A stretch of DNA of 64,000 nt. Source: a plasmid. The notes under the pieces were generated by a model. That model was not told where the DNA came from, made no database searches, and saw nothing but the letters and a program-made list of their open reading frames with translations. Positions 54,088-64,000 of the stretch are shown here, piece after piece. The translations under genes were made by a program, and so were the position numbers. Numbering within the stretch: the stretch's first letter is position 1; the number at the start of each line of letters is the position of its first letter. Location of the stretch: assembly GCF_057098645.1 (NCBI RefSeq), contig NZ_JBXSPU010000002.1; one strand, 5' to 3'.

Positions 54088-54978
54088 TCAGGCTGCCAGA
54101 TCATCGTTTCTGATGGAAGCATAATAAGCTTTTTCTGCTTCTGCCGGAGGGATATGACCCAGCCTTCCCAGCAATCGTCGATTGTTATACCAGTCCACCC
54201 ACGTGAGTGTGGCCAGTTCCACTTCTGCACGGTTTTTCCAGCTCTTACGGTGTATTACCTCCGCTTTGTAAAGACCATTGATGCTCTCCGCCATCGCGTT
54301 GTCATACGAGTCACCTGTACTCCCTGTTGATGCCAGCAGTTTTGCTTCTTTTAGTCGCTCCGTATAGGCCAGTGATACATACTGAGAACCTTTATCACTG
54401 TGATGGACTGTGCCGGACGGCCGACGGGCCCACAACGCCTGCTCCAGTGCATCCAGCACGAATGTCGTTTCCATGGACGATGAGACCCGCCACCCCACGA
54501 TGTATCCGGCAAACACATCAATGATGAACGCCACATAGACGAAGCCCTGCCATGTGCTGACGTAAGTAAAATCAGCCACCCACAGCTGGTCAGGTCGTTC
54601 TGCCACGAACTGACGGTTTACGCGGTCGCCTGCGGCAACGGCTTTCCGGCTGATGGTCGTACGGACCTTTTTACCCCGGAGAACACCGGCAAGTCCCATA
54701 ACTGCCATGAGACGTGCCACAGTGCATCTGGCCACTCTGATACCTTCCCGTAACAACTGACGCCAGACTTTACGCACACCGTATACCTGGTGATTTTCAT
54801 CGTATACGCGCTGTATCTCTTTCTTCAGCCAGTCATCGTGCTGCGCACGGGCACTGCGTTTATCCGGATGATGTCGCTGTTGCTGACAATGGTAATACGT
54901 TGACGGGGCAATATGCAGTTCGCTGCATAGCGGTCCGACCCCGTACTGCTCACGCAGCTTATCCAGCAGTGGCATCAT
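54088..54978 (-). CDS. IS629 OrfB (copy 2)
   Basis: near-identical to copy 1 (e.g. WQGFVYVAF vs WRGFVYVAF). Confidence 0.85.
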   Translation of the reverse strand: MMPLLDKLREQYGVGPLCSELHIAPSTYYHCQQQRHHPDKRSARAQHDDWLKKEIQRVYDENHQVYGVRKVWRQLLREGIRVARCTVARLMAVMGLAGVLRGKKVRTTISRKAVAAGDRVNRQFVAERPDQLWVADFTYVSTWQGFVYVAFIIDVFAGYIVGWRVSSSMETTFVLDALEQALWARRPSGTVHHSDKGSQYVSLAYTERLKEAKLLASTGSTGDSYDNAMAESINGLYKAEVIHRKSWKNRAEVELATLTWVDWYNNRRLLGRLGHIPPAEAEKAYYASIRNDDLAA

Positions 54979-55301
54979 TTTTTCCAGAGGCGGTCGAACT
55001 CCGCCTTCGCAAAATAAGCGGAAGCCTGGCGAAGGATATCGTTACTGCGGCGCAGTTCACGATTTTCACGTTCCAGCTCTTTCAGACGCTGACGTTCAGC
55101 GGTGGTGAGTCCACCATCACCACTCCCGGTATCCCGCTCATGCTGACGAACCCACACACGCAGAGTCTCTGGTGTACAGCCAATCTTTGGGGCAATGGAA
55201 CAAATTGCCGCCCATTGTGAGTCATATTCGCCCTGACTTTCCAGAACCATACGAACTGCCCGTTGACGGACCTCGGGGGAAAAACGTGTATTTTTAGTCA
55301 T
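54975..55301 (-). CDS. IS629 OrfA (copy 2)
   Basis: near-identical to copy 1. Confidence 0.85.
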   Translation of the reverse strand: MTKNTRFSPEVRQRAVRMVLESQGEYDSQWAAICSIAPKIGCTPETLRVWVRQHERDTGSGDGGLTTAERQRLKELERENRELRRSNDILRQASAYFAKAEFDRLWKK

Positions 55302-55736
55302 CCTGTTTACCTCTTTCTCAGGGAGTTTAGTCTCCAGGATTCCCGGGGCGGTTCAAGGTTTGCTTTTCTGTGTAGGTTTAGATTTTGTGTTTGCAGGGTA
55401 AACAAAACTGATTAACTCGTCATTTCGGTAACTGAAATAGTTTGCTGTATTCTGTTTACAATCTCTTTAATAAGGCATTTGTCACGTGGCTATTCATATG
55501 AAAATCATACGTTATCTTACAAATCAATCATCTGAGTGTTATAATATAACTTAGCTGTGATATGTGTAAGAATGTTTAGGCAATATATTATTATCGCTAA
55601 TGTTGTTTTGGTTGGGAGAGATTCTCCTTGCGGTAGCTTTTTGTTTTTAGATGCTTCTTGCTTAAAAAGATATAATTTCTGTTCTTTTATATAGGATTCT
55701 TTACATTTACTGAGTTTTCTTATTTATTTAAACATT

Positions 55737-56252
55737 ATGAAATCTAATGCTTTTGACGTCATGGGGAAGGTTGCATGGCTATGGGCCTGTTCTCCTCTGC
55801 ATAAAAAATGGCCATTATCTGTTTTTGCTATTAATGTCATACCTGCTATTCAGACAAATCAATTTGCTCTCTTAATAAAGGATGAGCTTCCTGTAGCTTT
55901 TTGTAGCTGGGCCAGTTTAGATCTGGAATGTGAGGTAAAATATATAAATGATGTAACATCTTTGTATGCAAAAGACTGGATGTCGGGAGAAAGAAAGTGG
56001 TTTATTGACTGGATAGCTCCATTTGGACACAACATGGAGTTATATAAATACATGAGGAAAAAGTATCCTTATGAGTTATTCAGAGCAATAAGGTTAGATG
56101 AGAGCAGTAAAACAGGAAAAATAGCTGAATTTCATGGAGGGGGGATAGATAAAAAACTGGCATCAAAAATATTCAGGCAATACCATCATGAACTTATGTC
56201 TGAAGTAAAAAACAGACAAGATTTTAATTTTAATATTGAGAAAGAAAACTAA
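55737..56252 (+). CDS. ehxC: hemolysin-activating lysine-acyltransferase EhxC (HlyC family)
   Basis: 171-aa ORF with HlyC-like core (WLWACSPLHKKWPLSVFAINVIPAIQTNQFALL, FIDWIAPFGH); directly precedes the RTX toxin gene. Confidence 0.9.
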   Translation: MKSNAFDVMGKVAWLWACSPLHKKWPLSVFAINVIPAIQTNQFALLIKDELPVAFCSWASLDLECEVKYINDVTSLYAKDWMSGERKWFIDWIAPFGHNMELYKYMRKKYPYELFRAIRLDESSKTGKIAEFHGGGIDKKLASKIFRQYHHELMSEVKNRQDFNFNIEKEN

Positions 56253-56253
56253 T

Positions 56254-59250
56254 ATGACAGTAAATAAAATAAAGAACATTTTCAATAATGCGACATTGAC
56301 TACAAAATCAGCATTTAATACAGCATCATCAAGCGTACGTTCCGCTGGCAAAAAACTCATATTATTAATACCTGATAATTATGAAGCTCAGGGCGTGGGT
56401 ATTAATGAGTTGGTCAAAGCTGCTGATGAGCTTGGAATAGAAATACACCGTACTGAACGAGATGATACAGCGATTGCAAACCAGTTTTTTGGTGCAGCAG
56501 AAAAAGTTGTAGGATTAACTGAACGTGGTGTTGCAATATTCGCACCACAACTTGACAAACTTCTGCAGAAGTATCAGAAAGTTGGGAGTAAAATAGGAGG
56601 AACCGCTGAAAATGTAGGTAATAATCTGGGAAAAGCCGGAACAGTTCTCTCAGCACTACAGAATTTTACGGGGATTGCTTTATCAGGCATGGCTCTTGAT
56701 GAATTGCTGAGAAAACAACGGGAAGGAGAGGATATAAGTCAGAATGATATTGCCAAAAGTAGTATTGAACTTATTAATCAGCTTGTAGATACAATATCAA
56801 GTATAAACAGTACCGTTGATTCATTTTCTGAGCAGCTTAACCAGCTTGGCTCATTTTTATCCAGTAAACCTCGCTTAAGTTCTGTTGGTGGGAAATTACA
56901 AAATTTACCAGACCTGGGCTCCCTGGGGGATGGGCTGGATGTTGTCTCCGGAATTCTTTCTGCTGTATCAGCAAGCTTTATTCTGGGAAACAGTGACGCA
57001 CATACAGGAACAAAAGCTGCAGCGGGTATAGAACTGACAACTCAGGTTCTTGGAAATGTTGGTAAAGCTGTTTCGCAATATATTCTGGCTCAGAGAATGG
57101 CACAGGGGTTATCGACAACAGCTGCAAGTGCGGGTCTGATCACATCGGCTGTTATGCTGGCTATCAGTCCTCTTTCTTTCCTGGCTGCTGCAGATAAATT
57201 TGAGCGAGCTAAGCAGCTTGAATCATATTCTGAACGATTTAAAAAATTGAATTATGAAGGGGATGCTTTACTCGCAGCCTTTCATAAAGAAACCGGAGCT
57301 ATAGATGCAGCCCTGACAACAATAAATACTGTCCTGAGTTCTGTATCTGCAGGAGTTAGTGCAGCCTCCAGTGCATCCCTCATAGGGGCCCCGATAAGCA
57401 TGCTGGTGAGTGCATTAACCGGTACGATATCTGGCATTCTGGAAGCATCAAAACAGGCTATGTTTGAGCACGTTGCAGAGAAATTCGCTGCTCGGATCAA
57501 TGAATGGGAAAAGGAGCATGGCAAAAATTATTTTGAGAATGGCTATGACGCAAGACATGCTGCGTTTTTAGAAGACTCTCTGTCTTTGCTTGCTGATTTT
57601 TCTCGTCAGCATGCAGTAGAAAGAGCAGTCGCAATAACCCAGCAACATTGGGATGAGAAGATCGGTGAACTTGCAGGCATAACCCGTAATGCTGATCGCA
57701 GTCAGAGTGGTAAGGCATATATTAATTATCTGGAAAATGGAGGGCTTTTAGAGGCTCAACCGAAGGAGTTTACACAACAAGTGTTTGATCCTCAAAAAGG
57801 GACCATAGACCTTTCAACAGGTAATGTATCAAGTGTTTTGACATTTATAACACCAACATTTACCCCAGGAGAAGAAGTTAGAGAAAGAAAACAGAGTGGT
57901 AAATATGAATATATGACATCTCTTATTGTAAATGGTAAGGATACATGGTCTGTAAAAGGCATAAAAAATCATAAAGGTGTATATGATTATTCAAAATTGA
58001 TTCAGTTTGTTGAAAAGAATAACAAACACTATCAGGCGAGAATAATTTCTGAGCTCGGAGATAAAGACGATGTGGTTTATTCTGGAGCAGGCTCATCAGA
58101 AGTATTTGCTGGTGAAGGTCATGATACCGTATCTTATAATAAGACGGATGTTGGTAAACTAACAATTGATGCAACAGGAGCATCAAAACCTGGTGAGTAT
58201 ATAGTTTCAAAAAATATGTATGGTGACGTGAAGGTATTGCAGGAAGTCGTTAAGGAACAGGAGGTGTCAGTAGGGAAGCGAACAGAGAAAATACAATATC
58301 GTGATTTTGAATTCAGAACCGGTGGAATTCCTTATGATGTAATAGATAATCTTCATTCTGTTGAAGAGCTCATTGGCGGAAAACATGATGATGAATTCAA
58401 AGGCGGTAAGTTTAATGATATATTCCATGGCGCAGATGGGAACGATTATATCGAAGGTAATTATGGTAATGATCGACTATACGGCGATGATGGGGATGAT
58501 TATATATCCGGAGGACAGGGAGACGACCAGTTATTTGGTGGTAGTGGAAACGATAAATTGAGTGGAGGGGATGGTAATAATTATCTGACAGGAGGAAGCG
58601 GTAATGATGAGCTTCAGGCACACGGAGCTTATAATATTCTGTCAGGTGGTACTGGTGATGATAAACTTTATGGTGGTGGTGGTATTGATCTTCTGGATGG
58701 AGGGGAAGGTAATGACTATCTGAATGGTGGTTTTGGTAATGATATTTATGTTTATAGGCAAAACTATGGTCATCATACAATTGCAGATGAAGGAGGTAAA
58801 GGAGATCGTTTGCACTTATCTGATATTAGCTTTGATGATATCGCATTTAAGAGAGTTGGAAATGATCTTATCATGAATAAAGCCATTAATGGTGTACTTT
58901 CATTTAATGAGTCAAATGATGTCAATGGGATAACATTTAAAAACTGGTTTGCGAAAGATGCCTCAGGAGCAGATAATCATCTTGTTGAGGTTATAACAGA
59001 TAAAGATGGTCGAGAGATAAAAGTTGATAAAATACCTCATAATAATAATGAACGGTCAGGTTATATAAAAGCCAGTAATATAGCATCTGAAAAAAACATG
59101 GTTAATATCACCAGTGTTGCCAATGATCTTAATAAGATTATTTCTTCAGTTTCAGGATTCGATTCAGGTGATGAACGATTAGCATCTTTATATAATTTAT
59201 CCTTACATCAAAACAACACACACTCAACAACTTTAACGACAACTGTCTGA
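56254..59250 (+). CDS. ehxA: RTX pore-forming toxin EhxA (enterohemolysin, 998 aa)
   Basis: ORF from [10 protein letters not shown]...; Gly/Asp-rich nonapeptide repeats (GGxGNDxLx) at 58380-58760; HlyA-like hydrophobic and acylation regions. Confidence 0.9.
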   Translation: MTVNKIKNIFNNATLTTKSAFNTASSSVRSAGKKLILLIPDNYEAQGVGINELVKAADELGIEIHRTERDDTAIANQFFGAAEKVVGLTERGVAIFAPQLDKLLQKYQKVGSKIGGTAENVGNNLGKAGTVLSALQNFTGIALSGMALDELLRKQREGEDISQNDIAKSSIELINQLVDTISSINSTVDSFSEQLNQLGSFLSSKPRLSSVGGKLQNLPDLGSLGDGLDVVSGILSAVSASFILGNSDAHTGTKAAAGIELTTQVLGNVGKAVSQYILAQRMAQGLSTTAASAGLITSAVMLAISPLSFLAAADKFERAKQLESYSERFKKLNYEGDALLAAFHKETGAIDAALTTINTVLSSVSAGVSAASSASLIGAPISMLVSALTGTISGILEASKQAMFEHVAEKFAARINEWEKEHGKNYFENGYDARHAAFLEDSLSLLADFSRQHAVERAVAITQQHWDEKIGELAGITRNADRSQSGKAYINYLENGGLLEAQPKEFTQQVFDPQKGTIDLSTGNVSSVLTFITPTFTPGEEVRERKQSGKYEYMTSLIVNGKDTWSVKGIKNHKGVYDYSKLIQFVEKNNKHYQARIISELGDKDDVVYSGAGSSEVFAGEGHDTVSYNKTDVGKLTIDATGASKPGEYIVSKNMYGDVKVLQEVVKEQEVSVGKRTEKIQYRDFEFRTGGIPYDVIDNLHSVEELIGGKHDDEFKGGKFNDIFHGADGNDYIEGNYGNDRLYGDDGDDYISGGQGDDQLFGGSGNDKLSGGDGNNYLTGGSGNDELQAHGAYNILSGGTGDDKLYGGGGIDLLDGGEGNDYLNGGFGNDIYVYRQNYGHHTIADEGGKGDRLHLSDISFDDIAFKRVGNDLIMNKAINGVLSFNESNDVNGITFKNWFAKDASGADNHLVEVITDKDGREIKVDKIPHNNNERSGYIKASNIASEKNMVNITSVANDLNKIISSVSGFDSGDERLASLYNLSLHQNNTHSTTLTTTV

Positions 59251-59299
59251 GACTAAAAGAGGAGGTGATGGCCATTCCAGGAGGAATGGTCATCGTTAT

Positions 59300-61420
59300 A
59301 TGATGAGTAAATGTAGTTCTCATAATAGTCTGTATGCACTGATATTGCTTGCACAATATCATAATATAACTGTCAATGCTGAAACTATAAGGCATCAGTA
59401 TAATACCCACACACAAGATTTTGGGGTGACTGAATGGTTACTGGCAGCGAAATCCATTGGCTTAAAAGCAAAATATGTAGAAAAACATTTTTCCAGATTG
59501 TCAATAATTTCTTTACCTGCGTTGATATGGCGGGATGACGGTAAGCATTATATATTGTCTCGTGTTACTAAAGATTCATCACGCTATCTTGTTTATGATC
59601 CAGAACAACATCAGTCACTAACTTTTAGTCGGGATGAGTTTGAAAAACTGTATCAGGGAAAAGTCATTCTGGTTACGTCAAGAGCAACAGTAGTCGGAGA
59701 GTTAGCTAAATTTGATTTTTCTTGGTTTATCCCCTCTGTTGTGAAATACAGGAGGATTTTACTTGAGGTGTTAACTGTTTCTGCTTTTATTCAGTTTCTT
59801 GCGTTAATAACACCTCTTTTTTTTCAGGTTGTAATGGATAAGGTTTTAGTTCACCGGGGGTTTTCAACGTTAAATATTATCACAATAGCATTTATTATAG
59901 TGATACTTTTTGAAGTGATATTAACCGGAGCCAGAACTTATATTTTCTCTCATACTACAAGTCGTATTGACGTCGAACTGAGCGCTAAGTTATTCAGACA
60001 TTTGCTTGCATTGCCTGTTTCATATTTTGAAAATCGCAGGGTCGGAGAGACCGTTGCCAGAGTAAGGGAACTGGAGCAAATTCGTAATTTTTTAACCGGA
60101 CAAGCGTTGACATCAGTTCTTGATCTATTTTTTTCTGTAATATTTTTTTGTGTCATGTGGTATTACAGCCCTCAATTAACACTGGTTATATTATTGTCAC
60201 TACCTTGTTATGTTATATGGTCATTGTTTATATCACCCTTATTACGTCGACGTCTTGATGATAAGTTTCTCAGGAATGCAGAAAATCAAGCTTTTCTTGT
60301 CGAAACGGTAACAGCAATAAATACAATTAAATCCATGGCAGTATCACCACAGATGATTGCTACATGGGATAAACAACTGGCCGGGTATGTTGCTTCCAGT
60401 TTCAGGGTAAATCTGGTTGCAATGACAGGGCAGCAGGGGATACAGCTGATACAGAAAAGTGTAATGGTAATTAGTCTATGGATGGGAGCACATCTTGTCA
60501 TATCGGGAGAGATAAGCATCGGGCAGTTAATCGCGTTTAATATGCTTGCAGGTCAGGTCATTGCTCCTGTTATCAGACTGGCTCATCTTTGGCAGGATTT
60601 TCAGCAGGTTGGTATTTCTGTTGAGCGCCTTGGTGATGTATTAAATACACCGGTAGAGAAAAAGTCAGGCAGAAATATACTGCCGGAAATTCAGGGGGAT
60701 ATCGAATTTAAAAATGTCAGATTTCGGTATTCTTCTGACGGTAATGTTATTTTGAATAATATTAATTTATACATATCAAAGGGGGATGTTATCGGTATAG
60801 TTGGCCGTTCTGGTTCAGGAAAAAGTACATTAACAAAACTGCTTCAGCGCTTTTATATACCAGAGACCGGACAGATTTTAATTGATGGGCATGATTTATC
60901 ACTTGCAGATCCAGAATGGTTACGACGCCAGATTGGTGTTGTATTGCAGGAAAATATACTATTAAATCGTAGTATTATCGATAATATTACATTAGCTTCT
61001 CCGGCTGTATCTATGGAACAGGCTATTGAGGCAGCCAGACTTGCAGGTGCCCATGATTTTATTACAGAACTAAAAGAAGGGTACAATACTATTGTTGGAG
61101 AACAGGGCGTTGGTCTTTCAGGAGGGCAGCGCCAACGGATCGCAATAGCCCGGGCTCTTGTTACAAATCCTCGAATTCTTATTTTTGATGAAGCAACCAG
61201 TGCTCTTGATTATGAGTCGGAAAATATAATAATGAAAAATATGTCAAGAATATGTAAGAACAGAACCGTAATTATTATTGCACACAGGTTGTCAACTGTA
61301 AAAAATGCAAACAGAATAATTGTTATGGATAATGGCTTTATTTCTGAAGATGGCACACATAAAGAGCTTATCTCCAAAAAAGACAGTTTATATGCATATT
61401 TATATCAGTTGCAGGCATAA
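59300..61420 (+). CDS. ehxB: type I secretion ABC transporter EhxB (HlyB family, C39 peptidase-like N-domain)
   Basis: 706-aa ORF; Walker [10 protein letters not shown], signature LSGGQRQR, Walker [13 protein letters not shown]. Confidence 0.9.
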   Translation: MMSKCSSHNSLYALILLAQYHNITVNAETIRHQYNTHTQDFGVTEWLLAAKSIGLKAKYVEKHFSRLSIISLPALIWRDDGKHYILSRVTKDSSRYLVYDPEQHQSLTFSRDEFEKLYQGKVILVTSRATVVGELAKFDFSWFIPSVVKYRRILLEVLTVSAFIQFLALITPLFFQVVMDKVLVHRGFSTLNIITIAFIIVILFEVILTGARTYIFSHTTSRIDVELSAKLFRHLLALPVSYFENRRVGETVARVRELEQIRNFLTGQALTSVLDLFFSVIFFCVMWYYSPQLTLVILLSLPCYVIWSLFISPLLRRRLDDKFLRNAENQAFLVETVTAINTIKSMAVSPQMIATWDKQLAGYVASSFRVNLVAMTGQQGIQLIQKSVMVISLWMGAHLVISGEISIGQLIAFNMLAGQVIAPVIRLAHLWQDFQQVGISVERLGDVLNTPVEKKSGRNILPEIQGDIEFKNVRFRYSSDGNVILNNINLYISKGDVIGIVGRSGSGKSTLTKLLQRFYIPETGQILIDGHDLSLADPEWLRRQIGVVLQENILLNRSIIDNITLASPAVSMEQAIEAARLAGAHDFITELKEGYNTIVGEQGVGLSGGQRQRIAIARALVTNPRILIFDEATSALDYESENIIMKNMSRICKNRTVIIIAHRLSTVKNANRIIVMDNGFISEDGTHKELISKKDSLYAYLYQLQA

Positions 61421-61423
61421 CGT

Positions 61424-62863
61424 ATGCGCTTTTACATGAAAGGTTTATGGGATTTGGTTTGCCGTTATAAGACGGTTTTTTCTGATGTCTGGAAAATTCG
61501 TCACACACTTGATGCTCCTGTGAGAGAAAAAGATGAGTATGCATTTCTTCCTGCTCACCTTGAACTCATTGAAACACCAGTATCCAGACGTTCTCATTTT
61601 GTTGTATGGAGTATTTTATTATTTGTAATTATATCTCTTCTCTTATCTGTTCTTGGGAAAGTTGAAGTGGTTTCAGTAGCAAATGGTAAGTTTACTCATA
61701 GTGGAAGAAGCAAAGAAATAAAACCGATAGAGAATGCGATTGTAGAAAAAATAATGGTAAAAGATGGCTCTTTTGTAAAAAAAAATGATCCATTAGTTGA
61801 ATTGACGGTGCCTGGTGTTGAATCTGATATTTTAAAATCAGAAGCATCTTTGTTGTATGAAAAAACAGAACAATATCGCTACGCAATTCTTTCTGAATCA
61901 ATACAACGGAATGAGCTTCCTGAAATAAGGATAACAGATTTTCCTGGCGGAGAAGATAATGCGGGAGGTGAACATTTTCAGAGGGTTAGCTCATTAATAA
62001 AAGAGCAATTCATGACATGGCAGAACAGAAAAAATCAAAAGCAGCTCACATTAAATAAAAAAATAGTTGAACGGGATGCAGCGCTTGCTCGTGTTAGCCT
62101 GTATGAGCATCAGGTATCACAGGAAGGAAGAAAACTCAATGATTTTAAGTATTTGTTGAATAAAAAAGCTGTTTCTCAACATTCAGTTATGGAGCAGGAA
62201 AATAGCTATATTCAGGCAAAAAATGAACATGCAGTCTGGCTTGCACAGGTTTCTCAACTTGAAAAAGAAATAGAACTTGTGCGGGAAGAACTGGCACTGG
62301 AGACGAATATCTTCAGAAGTGAAATTATCGAGAAGCACAGAAAATCAACAGATAACATTGTGTTGCTGGAGCATGAGCTTGAAAAAAACAGGCAGAGAAA
62401 AGCATCATCTTTTATTAAAGCTCCTGTGAGTGGTACTGTTCAGGAGTTAAATATACATACAGAAGGTGGTGTTGTCACAACAGCAGAAACGCTGATGATT
62501 ATTGTCCCTGATAATGATATTCTCGAAGTAACAGCATCTGTACTTAACAAGGATATCGGTTTTATACAACCTGGACAGGAGGTCGTTATTAAAGTAGATG
62601 CATATCCATATACACGTCATGGTTACCTTACAGGGAAAGTAAAAAATATAACTGCAGATTCTGTTTCTGTTCCGGATACAGGGCTTGTATTTAACGTGAT
62701 TATATCTGTTGATCGGAATGATATACAGGGAGAAAGAAAAAAAATCCCTGTTACAGCTGGAATGACTGTTATGGCAGAAATAAAAACCGGGGTGCGTAGT
62801 GTTATCAGCTATCTTCTTAGTCCATTAAAGGAAACTATTAATGAAAGTTTACGTGAACGTTAG
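61424..62863 (+). CDS. ehxD: type I secretion membrane fusion protein EhxD (HlyD family)
   Basis: 479-aa ORF with N-terminal TM anchor and long coiled-coil, immediately after ehxB. Confidence 0.9.
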   Translation: MRFYMKGLWDLVCRYKTVFSDVWKIRHTLDAPVREKDEYAFLPAHLELIETPVSRRSHFVVWSILLFVIISLLLSVLGKVEVVSVANGKFTHSGRSKEIKPIENAIVEKIMVKDGSFVKKNDPLVELTVPGVESDILKSEASLLYEKTEQYRYAILSESIQRNELPEIRITDFPGGEDNAGGEHFQRVSSLIKEQFMTWQNRKNQKQLTLNKKIVERDAALARVSLYEHQVSQEGRKLNDFKYLLNKKAVSQHSVMEQENSYIQAKNEHAVWLAQVSQLEKEIELVREELALETNIFRSEIIEKHRKSTDNIVLLEHELEKNRQRKASSFIKAPVSGTVQELNIHTEGGVVTTAETLMIIVPDNDILEVTASVLNKDIGFIQPGQEVVIKVDAYPYTRHGYLTGKVKNITADSVSVPDTGLVFNVIISVDRNDIQGERKKIPVTAGMTVMAEIKTGVRSVISYLLSPLKETINESLRER

Positions 62864-62929
62864 TATATAAATAACATATTGGCTTTTTATATGATATAGA
62901 TTTCTGAAATGATCTTGTAAAGATTATCT

Positions 62930-63391
62930 ATGTTATTTAAACAAACTATGATACAGTTTTTATCTTTAAAAAGAGTTAATGGAATGGATAGTATTAAATT
63001 ACTTGATAAAGTTATTATCTATCAACAACAGAATGAGCAATTATATCCAGCACAGGCGTTGTTCGTTCATATGATGATAAATACGATTTTAACGCCAGCA
63101 CTCACCGTGGCATCATCGGAGAGTCGCTCACAAGGCTCGGGGCGATGTTTTCTGGTAAAGAGTACCAGATACTGCTTCCTGGTGAAATTCACATTAAAGA
63201 AAGTGGTAAGCGATAATATAAGGGCCGGGATTCCGGCCTTTTTATGCAGCCTTTATAACAGTGTATTAGTCATTCGCATATTCAACATATCCCTCCTCAC
63301 AATTGTATATGCCATAATACATTCTCTTACCCTCCGGGCCTTCAGCTTTAAATGGGACAAGAAGTGTTTTTTCATCTTCAACATCTGTTAA
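62930..63391 (+). CDS. hypothetical protein (AT-rich ORF)
   Basis: 153-aa ORF only; overlaps a convergent ORF, so one of the two may be spurious. Confidence 0.2.
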   Translation: MLFKQTMIQFLSLKRVNGMDSIKLLDKVIIYQQQNEQLYPAQALFVHMMINTILTPALTVASSESRSQGSGRCFLVKSTRYCFLVKFTLKKVVSDNIRAGIPAFLCSLYNSVLVIRIFNISLLTIVYAIIHSLTLRAFSFKWDKKCFFIFNIC

Positions 63392-63646
63392 ACTTCTCTC
63401 AATCTTTTCCCATGTAATTTTCGGGATTTCTGTACCAAGAAGTTGAACATCGTTGTCCCAGCGTTTCATTCTTTGCAGGTAATCATTTTTTACAAACGTT
63501 CTGGCCTGTTCATCGCTGACCTGATAGCATGCCGGACCTTTATCTTCAGACCAGAAAAAAACAGCAGCAAGAGCAATAATCGTTAAAATAAAAATAAATT
63601 TCATGCTAATTACTTTCATAAAATCTCCACAACTTCTGTCGTTCAT
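63266..63646 (-). CDS. hypothetical small exported protein
   Basis: 126-aa ORF with signal-peptide-like segment MKFIFILTIIALAAVFFWS. Confidence 0.4.
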   Translation of the reverse strand: MNDRSCGDFMKVISMKFIFILTIIALAAVFFWSEDKGPACYQVSDEQARTFVKNDYLQRMKRWDNDVQLLGTEIPKITWEKIERSLTDVEDEKTLLVPFKAEGPEGKRMYYGIYNCEEGYVEYAND

Positions 63647-63816
63647 TCGATATAAAAAACATTACGAATATATCCGTACAATGTGAGCATACTGTGAAGT
63701 GGCTTTAACAATTATGAAATAATACAATAGATCACATATTGCAGTGGTCTCTTTTTTATAGAAGAAATCACAATTCATAATTGTGACTTATTATGCATGT
63801 TTGTTTTTCAGCATTG

Positions 63817-64000
63817 TGAACCGCCCCGGAAATCCTGGAGACTAAACTCCCTGAGAAAGAGGTAAACAGGATGACTAAAAATACTCGTTTTTCCCCCGAA
63901 GTCCGTCAGCGGGCGATTCGTATGGTTCTGGAAAGTCAGGATGAATATGACTCACAGTGGGCGGCAATTTGTTCCATTGCCCCAAAGATTGGCTGTACGC
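63817..64000 (+). mobile_element. IS629, copy 3 (left end only; continues beyond window), opposite orientation to copies 1-2
   Basis: TGAACCGCCCCGGAAATCCTGGAGACTAAACTCC... and orfA start [23 protein letters not shown] at 63871. Confidence 0.8.

Larger units (their letters stand above)
54046..55355 (-). mobile_element. IS629 (1310 bp), copy 2
   Basis: same ends; orfB 54088..54978 and orfA 54975..55301 differ from copy 1 at several residues. Confidence 0.85.

Noticed and set aside
58380-58760. Periodic GGxGNDxLx-coding repeats in DNA, considered as a tandem repeat or variable region
   Set aside because: These are the calcium-binding RTX nonapeptide repeats inside ehxA, a protein-level feature of the toxin rather than a separate element.

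Overview
Mosaic segment of a large F-type Enterobacteriaceae (E. coli-like) plasmid that combines resistance, virulence and an uncharacterized gene island. All calls are by eye from the sequence and ORF track; no database search was run. Layout: (1) 1-13.2 kb, multidrug-resistance mosaic: Tn3-family tnpA end and 38-bp IR, truncated mob genes, tet(A) 3' remnant, then the ISCR2 array lysR-floR-virD2-like / 5'-truncated ISCR2 / MarR(zitR)-cat-ABC-F(yheS) / complete ISCR2 / tet(X4)-abh(estT). (2) 13.4-21.4 kb: three IS1 copies bracketing four hypothetical genes and a RepFIA replicon (repE, ori2 iterons, DnaA boxes, incC repeats). (3) 22-28 kb: IS903B, a tyrosine recombinase and a convergent cluster of hypothetical genes including a Tus-like protein. 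(4) 28.1-48.7 kb: two inverted IS21-family copies (istAB) bracketing a ~15 kb island, itself hit by a second IS903B. The island holds an AAA+ ATPase, a VWA protein with a long acidic linker, a toprim-domain protein and five tandem divergent paralogs; almost every cistron is preceded by a conserved GC-rich hairpin that can pair with the ribosome-binding site. This island is the best candidate for an undescribed system. (5) 48.7-64 kb: decayed F transfer genes (traG 5' end, traH 3' end), IS629-katP-IS629, the enterohemolysin operon ehxCABD, two small ORFs and a partial third IS629.
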